From: the human T2T-CHM13v2.0 reference genome, Homo sapiens | Assembly (NCBI RefSeq): GCF_009914755.1 | Contig: NC_060926.1 | Strand: one strand, 5' to 3' | DNA length: 64,000 bases | Shown here: positions 42,950 through 62,585 of the stretch, in pieces | Numbering within the stretch: the stretch's first letter is position 1 | How the letters are laid out: each line of letters starts with the position of its first letter | The notes under the pieces: generated by a model | Seen by the model: the letters and a program-made list of their open reading frames with translations, nothing else | Told to the model about the DNA's origin: nothing | Database searches by the model: none | Position numbers and translations under genes: made by a program

Positions 42950-43540
42950 TTTATTATCAGTGGGATAACACAGGAAGAAACAGGAGGAGTCCAATGATGA
43001 AGATTACTGTCCTTACCAGCATTTTAAATCATCCTAAAGAACCACCCTCCTAGAAGGTTTGTTGGGTCCCATCCCTTCCAGCTTTGGACTGGTACATGAG
43101 CTACTTTTCTTATGTTTGAAGAGATTTCTAGAACCGCTTTTCCATTATTGTCTATGTTAAGACAGCAATTAGAGATATTAAACTTACCACAGACTCCACC
43201 CTCTTCTGCTAATAAGTAGTCTAGTGCTAGCTAGCCTGTTTTGATAAATTGCCACGTGCATTTGGTTTTGTTGTTGCATGAGCATTTCCAGGGCTGAAGT
43301 GGTTTGGTTAGTGATTATCTCTAGAACAGCCTGTAGTCTAATTATTCTATTTAGCATATATATAGGAGTGCGATAACCTCAGGAACCATCCTCAGCCTAA
43401 GTGGCAGGACAGTTATACTCCATGATCTGTTGTGGAGGCCATTCATCCCCTTGCCATCTTTGGCTTCCTCCTATCTTCAAGGATCATTTTTCTTTGTTTA
43501 GGTTATTGTATACAGTGACTCCGAGGGTGTTGCCCACTGT
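42950..43540 (-). pseudogene. HERVH48 env TM remnant with SU almost entirely deleted
   Basis: WPPQQIM...[26 protein letters not shown]...[28 protein letters not shown] with in-frame stops and a 4-bp duplication. Confidence 0.85.
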
Positions 43541-46500
43541 TAATGTTTTGGAGGAAGGAGTATTCTTGGGGGTGAGCTTGACGCTGGTACGATGGACCCA
43601 GTGGGGGAGTCTTTGGACTCTCACTACAGTTGGCGTGCTGAGTATCACAGTGTAGGGGCCTGTCCACTTTGGTTGCAGCTTTTGGGTGGGGGTCAGGTTG
43701 GCAGATAAACATGTCTGTGCTTGCAATGCAGTTATGTTGAGAGGACGAGGAGGTGTCTACAGGAGAGGCATGGCCTCATTTGCTGCTTCACGAATGAAAC
43801 ACCGTGTCTGGATTAAGGAGGGGAGGTAATTCCTGATGGCTCAAAGTCTGGTAAGGGTAGAGGCCCTAAGACAAAAGTTTGGCCACACATGATTTCAAAG
43901 AGACTATAAAAAGAGGGTGCTTTTGGTGTCGTGCAGAGTCTCATGAGGGCAAAAGGGAGATTTTTTTTTGTTCACGACTGGTAGGTTTCTAGAGCCAGCT
44001 TGGTGAGTTGGGCTTTAAGGACAGAGTTAATTTTTTCAACTTTGCCTGAAGATTGAGGCCTGTAGGGTGTGTGGAGGGCCCATTTTATTTCTAAGGATGT
44101 AGAGATGCCTTGGGTAATTTGGCTGATGAAGGCGGGCCCGTTATCAGACTGGATGGATGTTGGGAGTCCGAAACAGGGAATTGCATGCATGATGAGAGTT
44201 AGTGTGAGGATATTTGCACCTTCTGAAGTTGTTGGGAATGCTTCTATCTACCCGGAGAAAGTACAGACAAAGACTAGAAGACAGAGGAGCCGTTTATCCG
44301 GCGGGATGTGAATGAAGTCTACTTGCCAATCTTGCCTAGGTATCTGGCCCCAGTCTTGGTGAGTAGGAAAAGGCGGTGGCCAGAGGGAGCCCTGAGGTGA
44401 CACTAAGTGGCAGATAGAACAGGTTTGGGTAATTTCTCAAACACGGCTGGAAAGGTGAGGACAAGTGAGAATGGGACAGAGAAGTTGCAAGAGAGGTTTG
44501 TAACCAACATGGAAAGAGTTGTGGAGGATTTGGAGGTGAGGAAGACTTTGAGAGTGAGGAAGAACGAAGCGCCCTTCCTTGACATATGATGCTCCTTGCT
44601 TTTGAAGGTTTTGGGCTCAGAAGTCCTCCTTTTCTTCTGAGGAGTAAAGAGGAGAGAACAAGGACAGGGACAGAAACCGGCCTTGCACAGGTTGTAGGGC
44701 TACTTGTTTGGCTACCTGATCTGCTAAAGCATTTCCCACCGATATAGGATTGTCTGGGGTTTGGTGGCCCCTGCAATGAATGATGGCAACTTTCTGTGCG
44801 AGCCGGGCAGCTTGAAGGAGCTTGCTGATGGGGGAGTCATTTATGACAGCGATATTTTTGGCAGTTAGGAAACCCCGTTCTTTCCAGATGGACAAGTGTG
44901 AGTATACTATGTGGAAAGCATAATGAGAATTTGAATATATGTTGATCTGTTGTCTGGTTGCTAGAGTGAGAGCTCGAGTGAGGGCGATGAGTTCAGCTTT
45001 TTGGGAGGTGATGCCTAGGAGGAGTGGATTGGCTTCAATAGTGTGTGTGGGGGTGACACTATAGCATAGCCAGCATGCCGGCGTCCTTGATGTAGGAAGG
45101 AGCTGCCATCTACAAACCAAGTAAAGGAGGCATCTGGAAGATATTGGTATGTTAGATTTGGAAAAGGTATAAGAAAGGTTTGAATAGTGTTCAAACAGAA
45201 GTGTGTAGGGTCTTGGGTGGTTGTAGCTTCAGGTAAGAGCGTGGCCGGGTTTAGACGGGAGCTGGTTAGCATGGTGATTTGGGGGCTTTCTATGAATAGA
45301 GCATACAGTTGGAGGAGCTGTGGGGCAGAGATGAGACTTAGTACACTGTGGTGAGCTAGCATGTCTTTGATGTTATGGGTTGAATAAACTGTTAGGTTGG
45401 CATGGAGAGATAGTTTTAGGTTTTTAAGGGTGAGGGCAGCAGCTGCCATCAATGCTCGGAGGCAGGCAGGCCATCTGAGAACTGTGGCTTCAAGCTGTTT
45501 AGAGAGGTAGGCAACAACCTGGAGGGTGGGTCCCTTAGACTGGGTTAGAACACCCAGTGTAACTTCACACTGTTTGTCGGTATAGAGGGAGAAAGGTTTG
45601 GTGAGGTCTGGGAGAGTGAGGACGGGGGCTGAGATGAGAGCCTTCTGGAGTAGATGGAAAGGTTGAGTAATAGGCTGTGCAGGTTTTAAAGGCTCATGGA
45701 GAGGGCCTTTAGCAGCTTGGTATAACAGTTTGGCAAGTACAGCCAAGGAGGGAACCCAGAGTCTAAAATATCCTGCTTGTCCCTAGAAAAGAGAGAATTT
45801 CTTGCTTAGTTTGCAGAGGTGGGAAGGACAGGAGGAGGGAAATGCGGTCGGTTGTGAGCCCTTGGGTACACAGGGTAAGAGCTAGGCCTAGATAGATGAC
45901 TGAGGGGGTGCATATTTGTGCTTTTTTAGGGGAGACTTAATGCCCCCGTTCTGCCAGGTTTAAAAGAGAGAGATAGTATGGGCGTTGCAGTCTCTTTGAG
46001 AGGTGCTACGCAGGAGCAGATCATTAACACATCGAAGGAGAGTGGACAATTTTAGGGATAAGGTACAAAGGTCGCAAGCAAGGGCCTGTCTAAGAAGGTG
46101 GGGGCTGTCTCTGAAACCTCGAGGTAGTACGCACCAGGTGAGCAGAGGTGAAATGTGGGTGTCGGGGTTTTCCCACATAAAGGCAAAGAGGTTTTGGGAA
46201 TTAGCGTGCAAAGGAATTGTGAAGAAAAGCATCCTTTAGGTTTAGAACAGAAAAATGGGTGGTATTGGAGGGAATTGTGGAAAGTGTATGGATTAGGAAC
46301 TACTGAACATACTGGAAGTACAGCTTGGTTAATGAGCCTGAGGTCCTGGACTAAGCAATAAGTTCCAGCTAGCTTTTTGACAGGTAGAATTGGTGTGTTA
46401 AAAGGGGAGTTTGTTGGGCGGAGTAGGTGACTGGCAAGAAGGCAAGAAATGATAGGCTTTAGGCTCATGAGAGCTGCTTGGGGGATGGGATACTCCTTCT

Positions 46501-46560
46501 GTGATAGGAACTGGGTGGGCTCTTTAAGAGTAATGTGGACAGGGGTGTGGTGTTCTGCAA
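43484..46560 (-). pseudogene. HERVH48 pol remnants (RT, RNase H, IN), frameshifted
   Basis: NTPILPVKK, LPRGFRDSP, WFVDGSSF, SQKAELIAL, SDNGPAF, PQSSGKVE, WTGPY motifs. Confidence 0.88.
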
Positions 46561-46752
46561 CTGAGGGTGAGCAAGTATCCTAAACAGCAGGATTAACTAC
46601 GGATGGGGGATAAGGAAAGGTTGTGTGTTTTAGGGTGGGAGGTTGAAGGAGTAGAAGAAAACTAGAAGTACTGGAGGGGTCTGGGTGGATGTGTTGGGGA
46701 CTATGGGGAACGTGGAAGTGGAGAGTAGTGTGGAGTTTTGAAAGGACGTTTC

Positions 46753-47186
<434 letters not shown>

Positions 47187-47364
47187 TCAATTCCCACAAC
47201 AGAGATTTGGGAGGACTGGGTGGGTCCTGAAAAATTAGGTAAAGCAGAGTAGGTTGCCCCAATATTAATTTAAAAAAACATACTGGCCTACCTGCCACCA
47301 TCAGGGTTACCCTTGGCTCTGATGAAGCAATGGTAGTTGCTGGGGCATCCGTTCCAGGGCACCG

Positions 47365-47991
47365 TCAGTCTTCAGCGGCAAGACCAATGAGATCTGAGTA
47401 GGAGGTTTTGGCCGGCTCAGGAAGGGATGGGGGTGGTCCTTGCAGGGGCCACTCACAGTCCAACTTCCAGTGGAGTCCTCTGCAGAGGAGGCATGGTCTG
47501 GTGGGCCTACCTGGATTTGGGCATTTTCTGGACCAGTGGCCTTTATTGCTGCACTTGAAACATGTGCCAGGTGGAGGTGGATTGCTTGGAGGCTTCCGTG
47601 TGGAGCTGCGGCCCTGGGGGCCTGCAGGGCCCCTGATGGCAGAGGCAAGCATTTGAGACTCTGCCTGTTTTTGCCTTTTACTTTCCTCATCACAACTGTT
47701 AAAGACTTTGAAGGCTAAATTAATAAGGTCTTGTCGTGGGGTTTGAGGGCCATCGTCAAGCTTCTGAAGCTTGTGCCTAATATCATGGGTGGATTGGGAA
47801 ATGATCTGAAGGTTTAAAATAGTGGTTTCTTCTGGGCTGGCTGGGTTTATGTTGGTATATTTTCTCATGGCTTCAGTTAAACAAGAGAGAAAAAGGGCTG
47901 GGTTTTTGTCAGGACCTTGGGTGATTTCTGAAAGTTTTTCATAGTTTACCACTTTATGGGCACCCCTTTTGAGTCCTGCAAGGAGACACAT
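47365..47991 (-). pseudogene. HERVH48 gag CA-NC remnant (208-aa open stretch)
   Basis: MHR ITQGPDKNPALF; knuckles CFKCSNKGHWSRKC and CLLCRGLHWKLDC. Confidence 0.85.
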
Positions 47992-49958
47992 AATTATGTG
48001 GTCTTGATGGCGCCATCCAGAGGCCCCATCTTAATAATCCCAGTGGGGGTCCTGGCTGGGGACTGCCTCTGTGCCAGTAGACAGGGCAGGAGCTTGGTGA
48101 TGAATTGTATTAGCATGTGCCTGAGCTAGGGTCCAGATACGGTCCGGTCCTGGTCTTCTGGGGTGAGGGTGGAAGAGAGGATAAAGTAGAGGTCATGCCA
48201 GGTTAGTTTATAAGACTTGGTAAGGTACTGAAACTCTCTAATATAAAAGGTAGTGTCTTCTGGAAATGAACCGAGTCTTTTGTTAATTTGAGAGACATTA
48301 GTGAGGGAAAAGGGAACATGAACTCTAACAATACCTTCAGTTCCTGCCACTTCCCAAAGGGGGCATTCTAGCGCAGGCGCCGAAGTAAGGGTAGGGTATG
48401 GGCCAAAGATGGTGCCTGAACAAATATGGGTGGGAGAGAAGAAAGAAGCCAGAAGTGGTTCCTGCTCAGGGTTTGAAGGGGAAGGGGGGTTGAGTTGACA
48501 GGCAGTGGACGATAGATAGGGGCATAATGTGGTGGGATGGTTTTACAGGCTTCAGGAGAGCGGGGTGAAGAAGGAGAATTAGTACAGACAGTGCTAGAGT
48601 TGTCTTGAGGAGAGGATGTTGTAGGAAAAGAAGTGGGTACTTTTGGAGGTGATGCCAGCTGGGAAGATGGTGGCTGAGAAGACAACAAGGAGGTTTGGAG
48701 GGTTAAAGAAGACAGTTGAGAGGAAGAGGTACTGGCTGGGAGGGGTGAACAGCAGTCAGCTGGATAGAATGAGGAAAAAGAGAGAGGGTCGGGGGAGAAA
48801 GGTGATCAGGGCGGCAAGAATGGAGGGGAAGGATTTGAACAGGTAAGCAAGGATTGCAGAGGTCGGGTAGTGATCTGAGTGCACAAAGGCCTGGACATAA
48901 GGAATTTTTCCCCATTTTTCCAGTCGTCGGCAATAATTGCTCAAGTCAGTTAAAACTGTAAAGTCAAATGTTCTATTTGCGGGCCATTTGGATCCGTTAT
49001 TTAATTTGTACTGTGGCCAGGCTGTATTGCAAAAAGAAAGACAACGCGCTTAGGGCGGATATCTTGCCTGAGGCCTAAGGTTTGCAGGTTTTTTATGAGG
49101 CAGCCTAGAGGGCTGTTTTTTGGAATGGAGGATGGGGAGTTTTCCATAAAGGAGGGTAGGCTGGGGAGAACAGGGAAAAAGGAGACCGTCCTGGACAGCC
49201 AGAGGGAGATGATAAAAGGAGCAATTGTCACCGCTGCCTTTTTTGTTCCCGAAACAGGATCAAATGGCTAAGAGGCATCCACTTAAGACCAGATGATCAG
49301 CGAGTGCCTGACACGTGCTGGAGCCTTCTTGGACCAATGTTGGATTTTTGGACCAGAGAAACAAAAACAGGCTGTGCAGATTTTTCCCTGTTAACGGGGC
49401 TCCCAAGGAAACCCAGCAGTAGGCAAGATCAGCGACTGATGTGCATGCATAGAGAAGTGACTGGAGACCAAGGAGCTTCCTTTGTCCAGCTGCTGTGGCC
49501 TGCTTTCTGGGGTGGAGGGGTAGGTCCATGGAGGATGCAGACCTGAGCCCCTCCTGGGTTTCAGCACCAGATATAAGGTTTTTATATCACTTCAAACCCC
49601 GAGAGCGCGCCAACAGCTAACAGGAGGCAGTGTGGAGCAACATGCTGTTTTAATGAGCACCTGGGTGCAGGATGGCTGAGGCCTAAAATGGCGTCAGCCC
49701 CAAGTGAGGAAGGGGCAAAGGTTTTATAGCCTCCTGTAAACAGGAAGTGTCCTAGTCTGACGTAACTGCTACGTTGGACCCAGATGGCCTGTTTCTCGAT
49801 CTTAAGGGGTACATGTCTTCCAGCTGGCTCACTTCCTGCTTCTGCTATCCTGCTGGCACACGCTGCTGGCACAAGTAGCCTTGCACCTTGGGACTGGGCC
49901 TGAGAAGGGAAGAATTATTTATCTCCTTAAGCTTTCAGGCCCCAGAGAGAATCTTACA

Positions 49959-52195
49959 CTCATGGCCTAATTGCCACTTAAAGGTGACATCTCTTAACAC
50001 TGTTACAGTGGGACTTAAATTTCAACATGAATTTTTGAAGGGACAAACATTCAAATTACAGCATTCTGCCTCTGTCACCCCCAAAACTTATGTACTTCTC
50101 ACATATAAAGTACTTTCATTTTAACCCAATAGCTCCTGGTCTTAACTCATTCTAGCATAATCTTAAAAGTCTGTGGTCTAGATTTTCATCTAAATATCAC
50201 CAAAATTGGATATATGTAAGACTCAGGTTATGATTCATTCTGAGGAAAATTCCCCTCCAGCTGTGAAATCAAACAAATTATATGTTTCTAAAATATATGG
50301 TGGGACAGGCATAGGATAGACAATTCCATAACAAAAGAGCAACAGAAAATAAAAAGAATTAACAGGCTCCCACTAAGTCCAAACCCCCACCAAAAAAAAA
50401 AAAACAACAACAACAACATCAAATCCCGACATTTGAGAATTTTTTGTTTTGACTTCAAGTCCCACTATCAGCACAGACTGGGGCAGGGGTTAGGCCTCCA
50501 TGGCTTTTCTGGGAGCAACCAATGCAGCAGCTCTCACAGGCTGGAATATTATCCCCAAAGTTCGCTGCAGCTGGGGCTTCCAACTGTTACTGGGAAGTGC
50601 AGGAATTTTTGATTAGTTTTAACTGGAGGAAGAATTCTGCCAAGCGATTGATTTAACCAAAAAAGAGAATGTATTGAAGGAAAATAGAGAACAGAGAGTT
50701 TATTTCCTCTTTTTGGCTTATATTTAGCATGCCTGTTTTAGGTATTCTCTGGGGTGTAAAATTTTTCAAACCTCCCTTTTGTCATGAGTTCTTCCCTCCT
50801 GCTTATGTTTAGCTATTTGCCTAGCAACCCCCCAACTAATGTTTCATTAGGAATTGTCCTAGTGGGTAATCTCTGTGGTGGCCTTGCACCTGTGTCAGTT
50901 CTCTCTTTGAGCCCTGAGGCTCCCTGACACATTTTTTGAAATCTAGCTCCTACAGTCAGCAATCCTGGAGAATTAACATGCTATGGACACCATCAAAACT
51001 TGTGCCCTGTGCCTTCTGGAGTGATGGCCAGCACCACATCTGGGCTTCGTTAAGCCATTTCTGAGATGGCTTAAAAGAGCTGCTTAGGAATGCAGGAATC
51101 AGAGATTTGAGGAAGCCCTGAGTAGTGAGTAACAAGGTCCCAAGGGCTCTCAAGAGTCCTCTTTTGATCTAATTCTGTTCTCCAGGCATTGGCATTCTGT
51201 CTGGGTTTGTGATGGGAGCTAATCTCCTTATCAAAATTTGGCCACACCCTAGGTTTTTCTTTTTTGAATATGCCTTTTCTTTATTTAAAACACAGCCAGA
51301 CTAAGAATTTTCCAAATCTTTACTTTCTACTTCCTTTTCAATGTACATTTCATATTTAATTTTTTCCCCTTTTCTCAAGTTTTACTATTGACAGTTTAAA
51401 AAAGTCATGCAGCATCCTTAACAATTTGCTACTTAGATATTTCTTCCACCAGATATCCTAACTTGTGGTTCTTAAATTCTGCCTTTCGTAAAATGTTGGG
51501 ACACAAAGACAATTCAGCCATGTTTGTTGCCTCTTGGTAAAAAGGATAACCCTCGGGTCATTGTGCAATACCATGTTCTACAATTCCATCTGGGATCTCA
51601 TCAGAATTACCTCTACCATTCATATTGCTATTATTCACTTGAAAACCACTTAAGTAATCTCACTGCTGATTTAGGTTTAGCCTATAGCTCTCCTCTTCTT
51701 GAGCCCTCACCAGCATAGCCCTTAACACTCTGTTAATAGCAATCTAGGCTTTTTTCTAGCCTGATCCTCTAAACTCTTCTGCCCTCTGCCCATTACTCAG
51801 TTCCAAATCTGACACACATTTTTAGGTGTTTTTTATAGTAACAACCCCACTTCTGGTACAAATTTCTATCTTAGTCCATTTTCTGCAACTAGAAGAAAAC
51901 ACTTGAGACTGGATAATTTATAATAAACAGAAATTTATTTTCTGACAGTTCCAGAGACTTAAAAGTTCATTATCAAGAAGCTGGAATCTTTCAAGGGCCT
52001 TCCTGCTGTTTCGTGACATGGCAAAAGGCTGAAGGGCAAAGAAGCAAAAGGGAATGAAACTAGCCATTTTATAATGGTATTAACTTCACCTATGAGAACA
52101 GAGCCTTCATGGCTCAATCACTTCTTAAAGGTCCATGTAAAAATGATTACAATGTTCAATTAAATGTCGACATGAGTTTAGAGAAGATAAACTTG
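49959..52195 (-). mobile_element. MSTC/D-like MaLR element: partial LTR, internal region, LTR ~51868-52195
   Basis: aaatttcaacatga...ggacaaacattcaaa; internal ccacttctggtac.aatttct; LTR cttagtcc...agaaatttattt. Confidence 0.7.
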
Positions 52196-52535
52196 ATAAT
52201 TTTTCCTTGATTTTCTTACTATCTTCATTCTTCTGAAACCTGGTTAATATTCATCTCCTCAATTGGCATAATGACATTTGTTTAAAGGTTATATGGTTAT
52301 CTGTCTTACACTTTTTGTCATTTCATAGCCAGAAATACGTTATCGGTTTAATTTAGATTTGTGAATTTACCTTGCCTTGGAGACATGTCGTTGATCCTCT
52401 GAGGAAAGGATCCTTTCACTTGAGAGAAAATCCAGTTTGGGTTTCCAAATTCCACTTCTATTCCTCAGCCTCATATGTTACAGCAATTTATATTCTGCTA
52501 GTTTTGTGCCTTCTGTATTTAAAAAGGAGAATGTT

Positions 52536-52860
<325 letters not shown>

Positions 52861-54523
52861 TTATTGTGATACATTGACACATCATGTAAATTCTTGCTTA
52901 TGTCATTAGTGAGGAAGAGGTGATAGATACCAGGTTGGCATTCTTCTAGTTTTAGTTCATTTTGTGTGCTATAACAGAATGAAATAACTGAGATTGGGTA
53001 ATTTTTAATGAGCACAAATTTATTTTTCTAATTTTTTGAGACGGGGAAGTCCAAGATCAAGTTGTCAGATATTGATGAGATAATTTTTGCTACATTGTTG
53101 CATATACACAGAATAAACAGAAAAATCTATCACAGTATTTGCCTGGAGAATTTATAACTTTTTAAATAAAACTAATAATATTAAACAAAGATGACAAACG
53201 TTGACATTATTTATTCTACTTGGCAGGTTCATAGGAGTTTGTTATGTTAATCCAACTTATTTCTGCATTTAGTAAAAATATTTATGCTATCTTACAAGCT
53301 TATAGCCAGGTTAAGATATCTTTTTTCTTATAAATAAGAAAGTCAATCATATTCTTCAGACTTCATAAAAGATACAGTAGGTAGGAGTCCAGTATACTTG
53401 GTACCATAATAAGTGTATCTTGCAAAAAAAATGAACAAGTAATTAATAGTTTAAAATTAAAAAAATTCTTTGTGGCATAATTTTTTTAAATATGAGAGTT
53501 CTTATTTACTTCAAGAAGACTTAAAGCAAGCAAAAACATTCCAGATATAAAAGATCTAATACTTTAAAATACATAATGAAATACACTGTAACTGGCATGA
53601 TATAAAACAGAGAGAGATTCAGTTCAATACTGTATCAACAATTGACACAGTATTCCCATAAAAATCTTTATTGCTACCAGTATCTGGAAACACATTGAGA
53701 TGTTATTAACTTTATTGCTTGCACATGTGACTGGCCAAATTCCGCGTGCAAGCTAATAAAACTGATACCTTTACCTGGCAGCTACTTTGTTCCAAAGTGA
53801 TGCCTTTTGCATATAAACTGTATTTCCTATCTGTTCAAGGTTTATCTCATTGTCCTCCAGAAAACAAGGCCCTTCCTGTGACATAGTTTTACAAGATTCC
53901 AAGAAGCTCATTTCAGGTCTTTCCCATCATATTCCCTCCAGCAGTCTTCTTGTATATGGAAAGCAGTCTCCTGGAAATCTAGTGTTAATATGTCCTTAAG
54001 TGGGGAAACTTTCTGATAAGCCTCCAATAACGCCAAGAAAATTCCAAGGCTATGGCTGATTCTAGGTGCTGTTTGCCATTTTCCAAGAGGTATTCTCTGC
54101 TTTCCACCTTTGGAATTGAGATTTTAGACATATGAGAGAGAGATAATCTCCCACTTGTTTAAATCCTTGGCAGGCATGTAAATAATAGCCTGTCTGCAAA
54201 CTTTAGACTGGAAAAGAAAGGAGCTGAACAAATAACAAATGCAGCAAGGACATTCCATGGTCTGCTGTGTTCTGCAGGTGTAAGGAAACCTACTTATAAG
54301 TTAGCCTATTCTGCTTCACAAGAAACCTCTGATTTTTAAACATTAATTTTTGTCACATGCTGTCTATGCCAGGCACAATTCTAAATGCTTGCCTAATTAG
54401 AAACCATTTAATCCCCATGAAAACCTAATAATGTAGGTGCTGCTACGAACCATATTTGACACATAAAAAAAATGAAGGCAAGAGAAAGGCTAGGTAACTC
54501 CTGCAAGATTAAAACAGCTGCTA

Positions 54524-54800
54524 ACACAGGAATAGAAAACCAAATATTGCATGATCTCACTTAAAAGTGTGAGCCAAACATCAAGTACATATGGACACAA
54601 AGAAAGGAACAACAGACACAGGGCCTACTTGAAGATAGAAGGTGGAAGGAAAGTAAGGATTGAAAATCTACCTATCAGATACTATGCATATTACCTGGGT
54701 GATGAAACAATCCATACATCAAACTCCTGCAACACACAATTTGCCTGTATAACAAACGTGCACATGTACCCCTGAACCGAAAATAAAATTTTAAAAAACC
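54524..54800 (+). mobile_element. L1PA15/16-like 3' end, TSD aaacagct[g/a]cta
   Basis: gaaaaccaaata...ggacacaaagaa...tacctgggtgatgaaa...gcacatgtacccctgaac; 12-bp TSD. Confidence 0.85.
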
Positions 54801-55084
54801 AAACAGCTACTATGTGTTGGCACTAGATTCAGACATGCAGTTTAGCTCCAGGGCCATTCCCTGAGTTCCCAAAATACTGATTTTCCTCTACTTATTTCCA
54901 CATGCAACTCATCCAGCTATCTGGATTCTGAATGATTTCAACACATAACCACCCATTGATTATGGTCAAGGACAGAGGCTCCACAAGAAGAGCTTAAAAA
55001 GTGAATAAATGTAAGACATCAAGCACCCAATTCTTAACCTGCAATTTAATTTGTCTTTTACACACACACTAGCACCACAAACCC

Positions 55085-55126
55085 GTGTGTGTGTGTGTGT
55101 GTGTGTGTGCGCACGCGTGTGTGTGC
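55085..55126 (+). repeat. (TG)n/(CG)n alternating purine-pyrimidine microsatellite
   Basis: gtgtgtgt...gtgtgcgcacgcgtgtgtgtgc. Confidence 0.9.
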
Positions 55127-56016
55127 TCCTGAAAGGAGGAATTGTTCTTTAGAATCCTCATGGCCTGGTCACCACATAAAAGTCCCACCTCTTAACATTG
55201 TTCCAATGGCAATTAAATTTCAACATGAACTTTGGAGAAGACAAACATTCAAACTGCAGCATTCTAGCTGCCTAAAAATCATGTACTTCTCAGGTACAAA
55301 ATGTTTCATTTCATCCCAAAAGCCCCAAAAGTCTTAGCTCATTATAGTATCCTCTTAAAAGTCTAAGGTCCAGATTATCATCTAAATATAATCAAAATCA
55401 GATACGTGTGAAAGTCAAGTATGATTCATTCTGAGGCACATGTTTCTCCAGCTGTGAAATCAAGTAAGTTATGTACTTCCACAATATAGTGATGGGACAG
55501 GCACAGGATGGACAGCCTCATTCCAAAAGAGAGAAATGGAAAATAAAAATAAATAATAAGTCTGTAATAAGTCTGTAATAAGCCCAATTCCCACCAAAGC
55601 AAATAACATTAAATCTTGAGGTTTGAGAATAATCGTCTTTGGCTCCAAGTCAAACCTTCTCTACATATTGGGGTGAGGGTTGGGCCCTCATGATTTTGCT
55701 GGATGCATCCCAGGAAGTAGCTATCAGAGGTTAGAGTCTCTTTTATGCAGCCCTCTACAGGTGGCATCTCACACTGCTGGATCTACAGTTAGGGTTTTGA
55801 AGAAAACCCACTCCCCAAAGTTCTACTAGTAATTGCCCTAGTGGACAAACTCTGTGGTGACCCTGTCCTTGTGTCAATTATTTGAGCCCCGAGCCTCTCT
55901 GAGGCATCTTTTGAAATCTATAATAGGCAAGGCTACAAAATTAGCAACCAGTGGGCACTGCCAAGATTTACATCCTGCACCTTCTGGAATGGTGGATGTA
56001 GCCACAAGTGAGATCC

Positions 56017-62023
<6,007 letters not shown>

Positions 62024-62442
62024 CCACATGTGAGATCCTTTGAGCCACTTCTGAGATGGTAAGGATTGCTACTCGGGAATGTAGGCATCAGAGACTTGAA
62101 GTAGCCCTGGGCATTGAGCATCAAGGTCTCCAGGGCTTCCAAGGTCCAGCTTTTAGTATAATTCTATCCCCTAGATATTGGCATTCTAGATCTGTGATGG
62201 GAGAAGCAGCACCAGTAATCTCCAAGATGCCATTGGGATCATTCTTCCGTTGTCTTGATGAATTGTCTTGATGAAGAAGCAGCTGGCTTCTTCCATTCAT
62301 ACTAATCTCTATATCAAATAGTTACTTGGCTATATTTTTGGTTTTCTCTTGTTACCTTGCTTTTTCTTTCTTAAAAACAAAGCAACCCTGAGATTTTTTC
62401 AAATATTTACACTTTGTTTATCTTTTCACATAAATTATATCT

Positions 62443-62585
62443 TCTTTTTTTCATCAAATTTATTTTAAGTTCCAGGGTACATGTACAGAATATGCAGGTT
62501 TGTTACATAGGTAAACGTATGTCATGGTGATTCGCTGCACAGATCAGCCCATCATCTAGGTATTAAGCCCAGCATCCATAAGCTT
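62443..62585 (-). mobile_element. Short L1PA (PA13-16-like) 3' end
   Basis: ttttaagttccagggtacatgt...gcaggtttgttacataggtaaac...taggtattaagcccagcat. Confidence 0.8.

Noticed and set aside
47365-47991. 208-aa gag ORF as a domesticated gene
   Set aside because: MA and the N-terminal CA are broken by stops and frameshifts. An open stretch of this length is unremarkable in a provirus whose LTRs differ by about 9%.
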